Shown in pieces: positions 21,572 through 32,215 of a stretch of 64,000 nt of DNA. This DNA is from Bacteroidaceae bacterium (GTDB taxonomy: Bacteria > Bacteroidota > Bacteroidia > Bacteroidales > Bacteroidaceae): assembly GCA_035647375.1 (NCBI GenBank), contig DASRNO010000081.1, forward strand, positions 8,618 through 72,617, given 5' to 3'. Position 1 is the stretch's first letter. Every line of letters starts with the position of its first letter. Under the pieces are notes generated by a model. That model was given only the letters and a program-made list of their open reading frames with translations, was not told where the DNA came from and made no database searches. The translations under genes were made by a program, and so were the position numbers.

Positions 21572-22795
21572 TCAAAGCCCAATTTGTTGCAATATATACT
21601 CGGATGCACATGAATTCTCCTTAAAATAACTACCCGCCGCCTCACCGGCACTCGTCAAATAAGCCGGAGCACTAAAAAATTTATCCATTATTATCTGGAA
21701 TGAGTAGGTATCAGTTACCTCAAACCCTCCACCAAGAGATATTAATGATGCAGCTTCACGAAAACGTTCGTGCTTAGGACCAAACAGTACAGGAATACTG
21801 AATACCGCCGCCTCTAACAAATTGTGTATCCCCGCTCCAAAACCACCTCCTACATATGCAATATCACAATACCTGTAGGCCGATGCCAAAAGCCCATAAC
21901 AATCTATAATAAGACACTCTAAATCGACAGCATTCTCAATATTCGTATTTGAAAGTCTGGCAATCTTTTTACCCGCCATACGTTTCTCTATATCAGCCAA
22001 ACGATTCTCATCAATAACATGTGGAGCTATTATGATTTTCCAGGTAGTTTGCCCATTAAAATAAGGAAGATAGATATTCTCGTCGGGCAACCATGAACTT
22101 CCAGCAATAAAAACTTTGGCATCCTTAGTAAAACACTCAAGCACCGGTATGGTTTTTGACTCGGCTGCAACTTCCATAACACGATCACAACGAGTATCTC
22201 CCACAACTGTCACATTTTTAATATCTATGCTTTCAAGTAGCTCTCTTGAAAGCTGATTTTGAACAAAAAAATGGTCAAAATATCTTAGAGACTTACTGTA
22301 CAATTTACCATACCATTTAAAAAATAGTTGCTCTTTTCTAAATACGGAAGAGACGCTATATACCGGAATGCCTCTCCTTTTAAGACACTTTAAAGTGTTA
22401 GGCCAGAATTCATATTTTATAAAAAAAGCTCTCTCAATAGGCACCTTTTTCAAAAAACGTCTAATGCTTGTTTTTGTATCAAAAGGCAGATAACAAACAA
22501 TATCTGCAAAAGGATAATTTTTTCTTACCTCGTAACCAGAAGGCGAATAAAAAGTGAGCAGAATTTTATACTCAGGATGATTTTTCCAAATTCTCTCAAT
22601 TAATGGTCTTCCCTGTTCAAACTCTCCTAACGATGAGGCGTGAAACCAAATATAACGAGCTTGATGATCAACTTTTTCCTTTAATGTAGAAAAAATCATC
22701 CTATGCCCTTTAATCAACAACCTAGCTTTTTTATTAAAAAGAGCCGCAACAAAGACTCCTAATACATATATCCGGAAAAAAATACTATATAACAT
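21572..22795 (-). CDS. waaA: 3-deoxy-D-manno-octulosonic acid (Kdo) transferase
   Basis: This is a 407 aa protein with an N-terminal membrane anchor, the SLGEFEQGRPLIE motif and a GT30-like C-terminal half. Confidence 0.85.
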   Translation of the reverse strand: MLYSIFFRIYVLGVFVAALFNKKARLLIKGHRMIFSTLKEKVDHQARYIWFHASSLGEFEQGRPLIERIWKNHPEYKILLTFYSPSGYEVRKNYPFADIVCYLPFDTKTSIRRFLKKVPIERAFFIKYEFWPNTLKCLKRRGIPVYSVSSVFRKEQLFFKWYGKLYSKSLRYFDHFFVQNQLSRELLESIDIKNVTVVGDTRCDRVMEVAAESKTIPVLECFTKDAKVFIAGSSWLPDENIYLPYFNGQTTWKIIIAPHVIDENRLADIEKRMAGKKIARLSNTNIENAVDLECLIIDCYGLLASAYRYCDIAYVGGGFGAGIHNLLEAAVFSIPVLFGPKHERFREAASLISLGGGFEVTDTYSFQIIMDKFFSAPAYLTSAGEAAGSYFKENSCASEYILQQIGL

Positions 22796-22807
22796 TCTTA
22801 TAATTTC

Positions 22808-24343
22808 TTACGATAACATAGACAACGCTCTTCTAACCCTTGACAAAGTCTCCTCTTTACCTAAAAATTCAGTAATAAGAAAGAGCTTAGGTCCAACAGC
22901 AGCACCAACCAATGCCACTCTAAGAGCGTTAACAACTCTACCTACCGCATACCCTCTGGTTTCAATCCATTCCATAACTGCTTGCTCCAAAATCACACTA
23001 TCAAAAGAGTTCTGTGATTCTAAGAAATCGCATAACTCAGAAATTGTTTCCGCTGCTTTATCTTTCCACCATTTTTTTAAAGACTTTTCATCATATTTTA
23101 GTGGTGGCACAAAGAAAAATTTAGATTTAGCCCAAAGCTCCGTAATAAAATTCACTCTCTCCTTCATCATTTGTACAACTTTAACAACGCGTTCAAAAGA
23201 GATATCTACTCCATGTTGAGCAATTACGGGAGCAAAAAGAGCGGCTATTTCATGATCCGGTTTCCGCTTTATATATTCATGATTAAACCAATCCAGCTTA
23301 GTATAATTAAAACGAGCTCCCGCTTTTCCACATTTTTCAAGAGTAAAAAGAGAAGCCATTTCATCAATAGACATAAGTTCTTGGTCATTTCCCGGATTCC
23401 ATCCCAAAAGTACCAGAAAATTGAGTAAAGCCTCTGGTAGATACCCTCTTTCTCGAAACCCCGGCCAAATGTCTCCTTCTACAGGATCTTTCCACTCTAA
23501 CGGAAAAACGGGAAATCCTAAACGGTCTCCATCACGCTTGCTAAGTTTCCCTCTACCTTCCGGTTTTAGCAAAAGAGGAAGATGAGCAAACTTCGGCATA
23601 GTATCAAACCAACCTAACGCTTTATAAAGAAGCATATGCAATGGTGTAGAGGGAAGCCACTCCTCGCCTCTTATAACATGCGATATTTGCATATAATGAT
23701 CATCTACAACATTAGCCATATGATAGGTAGGCATGTCGTCGGCAGATTTGTAAAGAACTTTATCATCAAGAACAGAGGAGTTAACAACCACCTCTCCTCT
23801 AATTATATCATTTATTATAATATCACACCCTGGCTCTATCAACATTCTAACCACGTACTGAGCTCCCGAATCTTTTAATCTCTTAACTTCGTTTTTCGAC
23901 ATAGTTAGAGAATTACGCATAGACATTCTAATTGTAGAATCATACTGAAAATTTGGAATTTCAGCTCTTCTAGCCTCAAGTTCCTGTGGCGTATCAAATG
24001 CTATATAAGCTCTTCCCGAATCAAGCAAAATCTTCACACACTCTCTGTAAATCTCTTTTCGTTCCGATTGACGATAAGGTCCGCTATCCCCACCTATGGA
24101 GATTCCCTCATCACACTCTATTCCCAACCATTTTAACGAATCAACTATGTATTGCTCGGCTCCCGGAACAAAACGAGTTGTGTCCGTATCTTCTATTCTA
24201 AGAATAAAATCACCTCCATTTTTACGAGCAAACAGATAGTTGTAGAGAGCTGTGCGTACACCTCCAATATGCAAAGGGCCGGTAGGGCTGGGCGCAAAGC
24301 GAACTCGTACAGGTCTGGTTTCTTCTGTTTTATTATCTATCAT
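22808..24343 (-). CDS. gltX: Glutamate--tRNA ligase
   Basis: This is a 511 aa protein with the class I signatures HIGG ([17 protein letters not shown]) and KLSKR. Confidence 0.97.
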   Translation of the reverse strand: MIDNKTEETRPVRVRFAPSPTGPLHIGGVRTALYNYLFARKNGGDFILRIEDTDTTRFVPGAEQYIVDSLKWLGIECDEGISIGGDSGPYRQSERKEIYRECVKILLDSGRAYIAFDTPQELEARRAEIPNFQYDSTIRMSMRNSLTMSKNEVKRLKDSGAQYVVRMLIEPGCDIIINDIIRGEVVVNSSVLDDKVLYKSADDMPTYHMANVVDDHYMQISHVIRGEEWLPSTPLHMLLYKALGWFDTMPKFAHLPLLLKPEGRGKLSKRDGDRLGFPVFPLEWKDPVEGDIWPGFRERGYLPEALLNFLVLLGWNPGNDQELMSIDEMASLFTLEKCGKAGARFNYTKLDWFNHEYIKRKPDHEIAALFAPVIAQHGVDISFERVVKVVQMMKERVNFITELWAKSKFFFVPPLKYDEKSLKKWWKDKAAETISELCDFLESQNSFDSVILEQAVMEWIETRGYAVGRVVNALRVALVGAAVGPKLFLITEFLGKEETLSRVRRALSMLS

Positions 24344-24367
24344 TACTTATCTTAATGCAAAACTTCG

Positions 24368-24375
24368 CAAAAGTA
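24368..24375 (-). promoter_or_regulatory. -7 box TACTTTTG upstream of gltX
   Basis: Exact TAnnTTTG match on the reverse strand, about 25 nt upstream of the gltX ATG. Confidence 0.45.
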
Positions 24376-24479
24376 GCACTTTTTTTGGAAATATGAATAT
24401 ATAGTGTCAAAGAGAGAATTATGGAGAATGTATCAATTTTTTTGTACTTTTAGCTCCACCATAAAAAGTATCAAGTAAT

Positions 24480-26561
24480 ATGTCAAAAAAGAGAACATGG
24501 AGCAAATTGCTAAATAACAAATCAATAATACTGTTATTGCTAACTGCTGTTTCAATTTTACTTACGGTCTATTTTATGCCAAAAGACCACTCTAAAAGCT
24601 ATGAATACAGTATTGGAAAACCTTGGACATATAGTGAACTGATTGCCCCTTTTAGTTTCTCAATAGAGAAAAGTGAAGAGAATTACAATAAGGAGATTGA
24701 TAGTTTAAGAGCTGTTTTTATGCCCTATTTTAGTCTTGACACAAACATTGAAAACGAATCTCTGAAAAAATTATCGAAAAAATTCGATAATATAGAAGAT
24801 GATAGAATTACTGATCAAATTATACAATCCTTAAGAGAGAGATTAATCTCTGTATACAAACGGGGCGTTATTAATCCGGAAGACGAGGAGAGGGTAAAAA
24901 AATTACAATATATAAGAACCTATAAAGGAACTTCTGCCTCACATGTATCCACAGAGATGGTGCTTACTCTAATAGAAGCTTATCAATTTTTGATGGATAT
25001 CCAGGTAAACGACTCTATAAAACATCTTTTTAAACAAAATAATCTGGATGATCTTATTTTACCCAATCTTATATACGACAAAGAAAAATCTGAATCCGAT
25101 CTAAAATCACTTGAAAGCCAGATATCTCATTTCAAAGGAATGGTTGTTGCCAATCAAAAAATTATTGATTACGGTGATATTGTTGATAAAAACAGATACC
25201 AAATTCTTACATCGTATGAAAAAATATCAAGTAAGAGAGTCGATTCTAAAAAATTCAAAACTCTAGCTTTAGGCGGACAGATGTTATTTGTCTCAGTAAT
25301 ATTTCTTATCCTCTTTTTTTACATAAAAATATACTGGCTGGAAAATGTGAACAAAACCCGAGATTTACTCTTTTTGTACTCATGTGTTACGTTTTTCTTA
25401 ATAACAACAAGCCTATTCTCCATACATATTCAATGGAATATATTTATACTACCTTGTGCTATGTCAGCAATTATGATGAAGGTTTTTCTGGATTTCCGTA
25501 CAGCCTTAATAGGATATTTAACCCAGATTTTAATCTGTTCTGTTATTCTTGCAACTCCTTACGATTTTGTTTTGCTTCAGATAGTTGCAGGATTAGCCGG
25601 TATTTACAGTCTCAAAGATCTGTCTCAGAGATCACAAATTTTCAAAACCGTTTTTGTTATTGTGCTTACATACTGTGTCTTGTACCTTGCTATGCAGATG
25701 ATTCAGCTTGACAATATGAGTTTAATCAATGGTAAAATGTTTATTTATTTTGCCATAAACGGAGTGTTGTTGTTATTGACCTATCCACTTATTCTCATAA
25801 TAGAGAAATTATTCGGTTTTACTTCGAATGTAACTCTAATAGAGCTGTCAAACATAAATCATCCTCTTCTCAGAATTCTCTCCGAAACTGCTCCCGGAAC
25901 TTTTCAGCACTCAATGCAAGTCTCTAACCTTGCAGCAGAAGCCGCAAACGAAATTCGGGCAAATACTCAACTTACCAGAACTGCTGCACTATACCACGAT
26001 ATAGGCAAAATGAAAAATCCTGCATTTTTCACCGAAAATCAGAATGGCAATAATCCTCACTCTAATCTATCCTTGGAACAGAGTGCTCAGATTGTGTTAG
26101 AACATGTAAAAGAGGGAGTGAAACTTGCCGACAAACACGGTTTACCTAAGGTTATCAAAGATTTTATTATTACACACCATGGCAATGGTACAGCTAAATA
26201 TTTTTATATCTCTTCTCAGAACGCTAATCCTGACAAAACAATCGATAAATCTAAATTCAGCTATTCCGGGCCAAATCCTACAACAAAAGAGACTGCAATA
26301 GTAATGATGGCCGACTCTATAGAAGCCGCATCAAGATGTCTTAACAATTATACAGAAGAAAATATTAACAACTTAGTTGAACAAATTGTAAATACTCAAG
26401 TGGCAGAGGGTTTTTTCAAGGATACTCCACTCACTTTTAAAGATATAAACGATATAAAAAGGGTCTTCAAAAAACGGCTTAGGACAATGCATCACACCAG
26501 AATAAGCTATCCTACATACTCAAAAAAAGAGGGTAATCAAATAGGATCAGCGTCAAAATAG
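24480..26561 (+). CDS. pgpH: 7TM-receptor HD-domain phosphohydrolase (PgpH/YqfF family; family members are c-di-AMP phosphodiesterases)
   Basis: This is a 693 aa protein with an N-terminal TM helix, an extracytoplasmic domain and about 7 TM helices. It ends in an HD/HDIG domain (GTFQHSMQVSNLA, LYHDIGK, ITHHG). Confidence 0.8.
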   Translation: MSKKRTWSKLLNNKSIILLLLTAVSILLTVYFMPKDHSKSYEYSIGKPWTYSELIAPFSFSIEKSEENYNKEIDSLRAVFMPYFSLDTNIENESLKKLSKKFDNIEDDRITDQIIQSLRERLISVYKRGVINPEDEERVKKLQYIRTYKGTSASHVSTEMVLTLIEAYQFLMDIQVNDSIKHLFKQNNLDDLILPNLIYDKEKSESDLKSLESQISHFKGMVVANQKIIDYGDIVDKNRYQILTSYEKISSKRVDSKKFKTLALGGQMLFVSVIFLILFFYIKIYWLENVNKTRDLLFLYSCVTFFLITTSLFSIHIQWNIFILPCAMSAIMMKVFLDFRTALIGYLTQILICSVILATPYDFVLLQIVAGLAGIYSLKDLSQRSQIFKTVFVIVLTYCVLYLAMQMIQLDNMSLINGKMFIYFAINGVLLLLTYPLILIIEKLFGFTSNVTLIELSNINHPLLRILSETAPGTFQHSMQVSNLAAEAANEIRANTQLTRTAALYHDIGKMKNPAFFTENQNGNNPHSNLSLEQSAQIVLEHVKEGVKLADKHGLPKVIKDFIITHHGNGTAKYFYISSQNANPDKTIDKSKFSYSGPNPTTKETAIVMMADSIEAASRCLNNYTEENINNLVEQIVNTQVAEGFFKDTPLTFKDINDIKRVFKKRLRTMHHTRISYPTYSKKEGNQIGSASK

Positions 26562-28798
26562 ATTGATACTTTTCTAAAAATCGCACTCTTATCTAACGAC
26601 ATCTTTATTTCTATAAGCCTTATTCTTGCTGCCTTATCCGATATGGAAGGGTCTATTTTTATAAATATTTTCATATAAAAATAGGATTGTACTCTTGCTA
26701 CAGAAGGAAGATCAGGACCAAGCACTCTATTTTGAAATAAGATTCTCAGCTCTCTGGATAATAATTCCGCCGCCTGAGATACATCTCTCTCCGACTTACC
26801 CTTTACATATACGGCTATAAGTCTGCAAAACGGAGGGTAAAGAAACTGTTTCCGCTCCTCAATCTGATTTCTAAACATTCCATCATAGTCGTTCCTTACA
26901 ACCTGACCTATAACATCGTTATCTATCTGTCGAGTTTGAAGAATTACCACGCCTCTCTCTCTCTTTCTACCCGCCCTTCCTGAAACCTGTGCCATCATTT
27001 GATAAGCTCGTTCTACAGAGCGGAAATCAGGATAGTTAATAATAGTATCAGCGTTAAGTATGCCAACAACCCTTACATTGTCAAAATCCAACCCTTTAGA
27101 AACCATTTGTGTTCCTATCAATATATCCGTATTACCCTTCTGAAAATTATTAAGAATAGTCTCTATTTGATTACGCTTACCAGCTGTATCATAATCCAAC
27201 CTAGAGACTCTTGCCTGAGGAAAAATTTTCAAAATTTCCTCTTCAACCCGTTCGGTCCCAAACCCCCGTCCTTCGAATCTGTCATTATCGCAATCAGGGC
27301 ATACATTTGTTACTATATATCTCTTGCCGCAATAGTGACAAGTAACCCTGCCTAAAGTTTTATGATAAGTTAGAGCTACATCGCAACTCTCACAACTAGG
27401 CACCCATCCGCATGAGGTACATTCCAAAACAGGAGAATATCCTCTACGGTTCTGAAAGAGTATAACTTGCTCTTTTTCAAGTAGTGCTAACTTAATTTTT
27501 TCTATTAATAAAGGAGAGAATATCCCCTTCATTTTTTTCTTTCTTATATGCTCTTTAATATCTACCAAAATAATTTCCGGCATTAAAAGATTCATATAAC
27601 GCTTCTTCATAGAGACCAGAGAGTATTTTCCCGTAACTGCATTATAATAACTCTCTACAGATGGCGTGGCAGAACCTAATATAATATTGGCGTTACTTTT
27701 TTTGGCCAGTACAACAGCCACATTTCTAGCATTGTATCTAGGTGCTGGATCTTCTTGTTTATAACTTGATTCATGCTCTTCGTCCACAACTATCAATCCA
27801 AGATTCTTAAATGGCAGAAAAATTGCTGATCTCGCTCCTAAAACGAGGCTATATGGAGATTCACTCAACTGTTTGTTCCGAATTTTTACCCTCTCAGATT
27901 CAGTTCTACCGGAATGGTAAACACACATACTATTACCAAAAATATTTTGTAGACGATTAGTTATCTGAGATGTTAAGGCTATTTCAGGCAATAGATATAA
28001 GACCTGAAATCCCAATTCGATACTCTCTTTTATCAAATGAATATAAATCTCTGTCTTTCCACTAGATGTTACTCCATGAAGCAAGCAAACCTTATTTAGC
28101 TTAAATGCACTCTTTATCTCAGCCATGGCTTTAGTCTGTTCCAGGTTAAGAGTGTTGGGCTGTTTTATATCAAACATTTCTTCTTTTTGTCTATTGACGG
28201 GACGCTGAATTAATGATAACACCCCGTTATCTATAAGCCATTTAAGAGACGGAGCAAAAGAGGATTTTGCAAGCAATTCTCTCCTTGGAACCTCAAAAGT
28301 AGTAACATCTACACCTTCACATTTGGCCATTTTAATAAATGTTCTCAAAATATCTACGCGTCTTGGAGCATTACGACTATTCTCTATAAAGAGATAGAGA
28401 TCTTGCAAAGAGAGATTTTGATTTAATTTTATAGAGCTCACAAAATCTGATTTGAGAAAATTAGAGTTCATGTTTAACCTCATTCTAGAGGGAAGAAAAG
28501 AGTTGAGAACATCACCCTCAGCGCATAGGTAATATTCACTTATCCACAATAATAACTCTATCTGCAAAGGCAATAAAACCGGTTTTGTATCAGGCGCCTC
28601 TAGCACCTCTTTTATCTTATATTCCGACGGTTTTTCATCATGTAATCTAATTGAGAGAGCTGTATACTTTTTTGTCTTTCCGAACGGTACTATCAAACGA
28701 CATCCAGGTTCCGCCCCTACCAACAATCTATCAGGGACTGAATAGGTAAAGCGCGAAAAAAGCGGCAAAGGCATTATGACATCTACAAAACGTGACAC
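26537..28798 (-). CDS. priA: Primosomal replication restart helicase PriA
   Basis: This is a 753 aa protein with Walker A (GVTSSGKTEIY), the DEEH box (VVDEEHESSYKQ) and a Cys-rich zinc insertion (CTSCGWVPSCESCD...CHYCG...CPDCD). Confidence 0.95.
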   Translation of the reverse strand: MSRFVDVIMPLPLFSRFTYSVPDRLLVGAEPGCRLIVPFGKTKKYTALSIRLHDEKPSEYKIKEVLEAPDTKPVLLPLQIELLLWISEYYLCAEGDVLNSFLPSRMRLNMNSNFLKSDFVSSIKLNQNLSLQDLYLFIENSRNAPRRVDILRTFIKMAKCEGVDVTTFEVPRRELLAKSSFAPSLKWLIDNGVLSLIQRPVNRQKEEMFDIKQPNTLNLEQTKAMAEIKSAFKLNKVCLLHGVTSSGKTEIYIHLIKESIELGFQVLYLLPEIALTSQITNRLQNIFGNSMCVYHSGRTESERVKIRNKQLSESPYSLVLGARSAIFLPFKNLGLIVVDEEHESSYKQEDPAPRYNARNVAVVLAKKSNANIILGSATPSVESYYNAVTGKYSLVSMKKRYMNLLMPEIILVDIKEHIRKKKMKGIFSPLLIEKIKLALLEKEQVILFQNRRGYSPVLECTSCGWVPSCESCDVALTYHKTLGRVTCHYCGKRYIVTNVCPDCDNDRFEGRGFGTERVEEEILKIFPQARVSRLDYDTAGKRNQIETILNNFQKGNTDILIGTQMVSKGLDFDNVRVVGILNADTIINYPDFRSVERAYQMMAQVSGRAGRKRERGVVILQTRQIDNDVIGQVVRNDYDGMFRNQIEERKQFLYPPFCRLIAVYVKGKSERDVSQAAELLSRELRILFQNRVLGPDLPSVARVQSYFYMKIFIKIDPSISDKAARIRLIEIKMSLDKSAIFRKVSIYFDADPI

Positions 28799-28807
28799 TT
28801 TTTTTTA

Positions 28808-28815
28808 CAAATGTA
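28808..28815 (-). promoter_or_regulatory. -7 box TACATTTG immediately upstream of priA (implies a near-leaderless mRNA)
   Basis: Exact TAnnTTTG match on the reverse strand, ending only about 10 nt before the priA ATG. Confidence 0.3.
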
Positions 28816-28854
28816 ACAAAAAAAAGAGGGCCAATCCGAAGATCGCTCCCTCTT
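28816..28854 (-). terminator. Weak candidate terminator of the small OMP gene
   Basis: A 7-bp stem AAGAGGG / CCCTCTT with a 17-nt loop is followed by T7 on the reverse strand. It lies 23 nt past the OMP stop. Confidence 0.35.
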
Positions 28855-28876
28855 AAATTAGTATTCTTACTTTTTA

Positions 28877-29527
28877 TCAGAAAAGATAAGTGGCCGACAC
28901 TTGTAACACACTCGACTTAATAGCCTCTTCACTCTGTTTGGCCGCTGCTTTATAATTATCAAGCGTTGTACCATCTGCATAAACACCGTATGTCCCCTTG
29001 TCACCAAGTGGTAAATTATAATTTACAGCCAATTGAAAGTGTTTAATAAGTTTTACACCTACACCCATGTTAATACTATAGAGTGATTTGTTCATAACAT
29101 ACTCCTGAACCGGATCTGATCCTGAGCGAATCTGTTTTTCGGTATCACCAATATTTAAATCTAACTGAGGGCCAGCTGCCACAAATACTGCAAGAATATT
29201 TCCTATTCCCAAGCTATATTTAAGAGATAGTGGAACGGAAAAATACTGCTCTTTCATGCTCTGTTTATCCGATAGTTTCATACCACTCTGAGAGTAAAGA
29301 ATACTCAAATCAAAGCCAAGACCTATAACAGGTATAGTGGCTTCAAACATAGGCCCGAAAAAAAATCCGGTATAACTATCATCACTCATTGCAGTATAAC
29401 TTGAAATTGCAGTTATATCATTATTTGCAAGATTCAATCCACCCCTAATTCCAAAATTCATCTGGGCGGCTACCGGGGTAGAGATAAATAGCCCCAATAA
29501 TAGAAGTAAAAATAGCAGTTTTTTCAT
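28877..29527 (-). CDS. Small outer-membrane beta-barrel protein (OMP_b-brl/PorT-like porin family)
   Basis: This is a 216 aa protein with a signal peptide (LLLLGLFISTPVAAQ) and an alternating beta-strand pattern starting FGIRGGLNLAN. The C-terminal residues are aromatic (SATYLF). Confidence 0.75.
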   Translation of the reverse strand: MKKLLFLLLLLGLFISTPVAAQMNFGIRGGLNLANNDITAISSYTAMSDDSYTGFFFGPMFEATIPVIGLGFDLSILYSQSGMKLSDKQSMKEQYFSVPLSLKYSLGIGNILAVFVAAGPQLDLNIGDTEKQIRSGSDPVQEYVMNKSLYSINMGVGVKLIKHFQLAVNYNLPLGDKGTYGVYADGTTLDNYKAAAKQSEEAIKSSVLQVSATYLF

Positions 29528-29555
29528 TTTTTTATTTGTTATGAATTGTATTACG

Positions 29556-29563
29556 CAAATGTA
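29556..29563 (-). promoter_or_regulatory. -7 box TACATTTG upstream of the small OMP gene
   Basis: Exact TAnnTTTG match on the reverse strand, about 30 nt upstream of the ATG at 29527. Confidence 0.45.
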
Positions 29564-29610
29564 ATATAATTGTAAAAACTATCCGTTTTTTTTTGAACAT
29601 TATACCATAT

Positions 29611-30621
29611 CTACCTGCGAACTGACACCTTTGGCTGCGCCTGAGGCCTCTCTTCGCTTGTTTTAAGAGTGGTATTCTGATGTGAATTCTCACGTTGTAA
29701 GATAGACCTTGTAGCTCTCTCTCTTTTATCTGAGGAGGTTTCTATCTGATCTACCGATTCAGAGGAAGACCATAAATTCATTTCGAATGACTTCAACTCC
29801 TGCTCTATTCTAAGCTGTTCCAATTTAATCATAGAATCGTTCTCGCAATATTCCGCTAAAAGCTGACCCTTAAGATTCATAGTCTTATAAATATCACCTT
29901 CGTATCCAAACATAAAGAAATAGTCATGTAAAGACATTTTATAGGTATTATTATAACTGCTAGTCATTACATGCGAGGCTCTAAGATAGGGGCTTAACTC
30001 CTCATAATCAAGCCAAAACATGGGGTAAGGTATCTCTTCTGATCCAAAATCGTTGCGTAAAAGTACTGGACAGATAGCCGTGACTCTTTTCTCTATTGTA
30101 GAAGTGACCGGGTCCAGATAATAGCTCTCTTTGACAAAATATCTCATTACCTCACCACTTGGAATATCGGAGTTATCAACCTTTAATACTCCATTCTCCT
30201 CAATATAGTAAATATAAAATTTATCAAGAAGATGTTTTATATCTAAGATATTTTCTCGAGAAAACAGTTCATTACCATCAAGACGATACTCATAAGCAGT
30301 AATGTTACCTTGTAAAACCAAATTAAAAATCAAAGTGAAAAAATTCACTATCTCTCCCATTGGTTCAACGGGAAAATATAATACCGCATTTTTCTCTCTA
30401 TTCAGATCTATCTCTCTGTAAATATCGCGTCTCCAGCCCGCATCCATAGGAATTGAACTTTGTGCGGAATATTGAGCCTGAGTTCTGGCAGAGAGACTCG
30501 ATGTAACAGAGTTCGTATTCTCCTGTTGTTGTTCTAAAATTCTACGAGGAGGTTGCGATAATGCTCCCAAAGAAAAAAGCAGAAAACAAAACAGAAAAGT
30601 CAAAAAATATATTCGTTTCAT
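29611..30621 (-). CDS. porN: Type IX secretion system ring protein PorN/GldN
   Basis: This is a 336 aa protein with a signal peptide. It is the last gene of the porPKLMN order and has a GldN-like core (WRRDIYREIDL, LYFP). The C-terminal tail looks disordered. Confidence 0.85.
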   Translation of the reverse strand: MKRIYFLTFLFCFLLFSLGALSQPPRRILEQQQENTNSVTSSLSARTQAQYSAQSSIPMDAGWRRDIYREIDLNREKNAVLYFPVEPMGEIVNFFTLIFNLVLQGNITAYEYRLDGNELFSRENILDIKHLLDKFYIYYIEENGVLKVDNSDIPSGEVMRYFVKESYYLDPVTSTIEKRVTAICPVLLRNDFGSEEIPYPMFWLDYEELSPYLRASHVMTSSYNNTYKMSLHDYFFMFGYEGDIYKTMNLKGQLLAEYCENDSMIKLEQLRIEQELKSFEMNLWSSSESVDQIETSSDKRERATRSILQRENSHQNTTLKTSEERPQAQPKVSVRR

Positions 30622-30634
30622 ATCTTATTCTTTA

Positions 30635-32212
30635 TCAATTCAAAATTACCTCAAGCGAAGTTGTCAACTGTCTTTCAAATCCGTCAGGACCTATAGCTTT
30701 AACTCGCTGTATATAAAAGCGCTTGCCTCTTGTCAGCCGTTGAAAATCAGCTTTCTGCCGACTGGAAAACTTATCCCCATCTGAGAGTTCAGATACTGCA
30801 TTACCCATATTATCAAAAAAAACGGTCTCGAATCCAAGTACTCGGAAACCAATATTGAGCAAGCCATCATCTATAGCCGCAATTATACCTTCAGCAGCCA
30901 TTAAAGTTCGTTTTGGAAACGGAACACCACCACCTCTGTAACGTTGAATATTACCATTATCATCAACATATTCTATAAAAGGAGTGGGATCCGGCAACTG
31001 CCTTACACGAAATGAATACTCTCCCATGCTTTGACGACGTCCATCTTGTATAGATGTAACAGATATAATAACATCCTCACCCACTCTTGCCGGCTTAGCC
31101 ATAAATCCATTTCCATTAAACGTTAGAGTTCCATTACCGTTTTTTATAGAGGCTGTAATCATATTACTGGGAACTCCAGGAACTGATATACTTATAGGAT
31201 TATCGTAACCAGCGTACAAAACGTTCATCATTGTTGCTGATACCGTAGCTAAAGGCGAGACAACCGAATAACTCTGAGAAAACTCTCTTCTTATAATACC
31301 ACTTCCGGAATGTAATTCCATATGCCCGTTAAGTGTAAAATCGCCGATTCTTGGACATGGTCTACTATACCATCCATCTTCAGAATCAATTTTTTCGCCA
31401 TTAATAAAAATAGCCGGCTTAGCGGTCGAATCAACCGCTGCCAATATAATTCTGGCGGTGAGACTGTTTCCCTGTACAATATTCTGCGAAGATGGAATAA
31501 CATATGCCTGTAAAGTATTCACGCGAAGATCACCTACGTCTATGTTTTTAAGCAATGTATGTAAAACCTCGCCCTCCGCATAACGGACATCATTCTGAAG
31601 TTTTGTAAGAAGTGTAATTGCAGCGGCAACCGGAGTATTCTCAAAATTATACTCCTGCCAATTTTTACCCAAAGCTCCCGCCTTACGAGGCACCTCTGTA
31701 CTTAAATTGTTCATGATTACAACTCTTTGTACCGAATCACTAATCATTTCCAATATTTTTTCGCGATAACTATTAATGGAGGTATAGAGAAGCAATCCTT
31801 GCCCTTTGGTGGGTGAAAGCATAATTTGAGTAGACGCTTCCAGATCCTCTCTGTTACGTATATTATCCAGATTTGCATTCTTTCCGTCAGCCTCTATAGC
31901 TATCAACCATTTCAAATTATCTGCCAAATTGAATAGAGAATCAGAGATACTCTTCACATACAGTGCTTTTTTATACCATTCGCCCACTTTCTCGTGGTTA
32001 AGAGAATCAGAGATAGCAAATTCACGATAAACCGCCTCATTTTGTGCTGTAGCATTAGCTGTACTTCTCAATAGACTCTCTTCAACAAGAGAAAATCCGT
32101 TGAGTACATCAGAGGATATATTCATAGCAAGCATTGTTAACAGGACAATATACATCAAGTTAATCATCCTCTGACGAGGCGAAAGTGGTCTTTCAATAAA
32201 TTTCCTCTTCAT
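30635..32212 (-). CDS. porM: Type IX secretion system motor/periplasmic shaft protein PorM/GldM
   Basis: This is a 525 aa protein. It has the characteristic N-terminal LSPRQRMINLMYIVLLTMLAMN transmembrane helix with a conserved Arg, followed by a large periplasmic region. Confidence 0.92.
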   Translation of the reverse strand: MKRKFIERPLSPRQRMINLMYIVLLTMLAMNISSDVLNGFSLVEESLLRSTANATAQNEAVYREFAISDSLNHEKVGEWYKKALYVKSISDSLFNLADNLKWLIAIEADGKNANLDNIRNREDLEASTQIMLSPTKGQGLLLYTSINSYREKILEMISDSVQRVVIMNNLSTEVPRKAGALGKNWQEYNFENTPVAAAITLLTKLQNDVRYAEGEVLHTLLKNIDVGDLRVNTLQAYVIPSSQNIVQGNSLTARIILAAVDSTAKPAIFINGEKIDSEDGWYSRPCPRIGDFTLNGHMELHSGSGIIRREFSQSYSVVSPLATVSATMMNVLYAGYDNPISISVPGVPSNMITASIKNGNGTLTFNGNGFMAKPARVGEDVIISVTSIQDGRRQSMGEYSFRVRQLPDPTPFIEYVDDNGNIQRYRGGGVPFPKRTLMAAEGIIAAIDDGLLNIGFRVLGFETVFFDNMGNAVSELSDGDKFSSRQKADFQRLTRGKRFYIQRVKAIGPDGFERQLTTSLEVILN

Positions 32213-32215
32213 GCG

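Noticed and set aside
25382-25711. A 109-aa forward-strand ORF in a second frame of the 7TM-HD gene.
   Set aside because: It is embedded in the transmembrane region of the larger conserved ORF and looks like an off-frame artefact.
26999-27355. A 118-aa forward-strand ORF.
   Set aside because: It is antisense to the conserved priA helicase and zinc-finger region.
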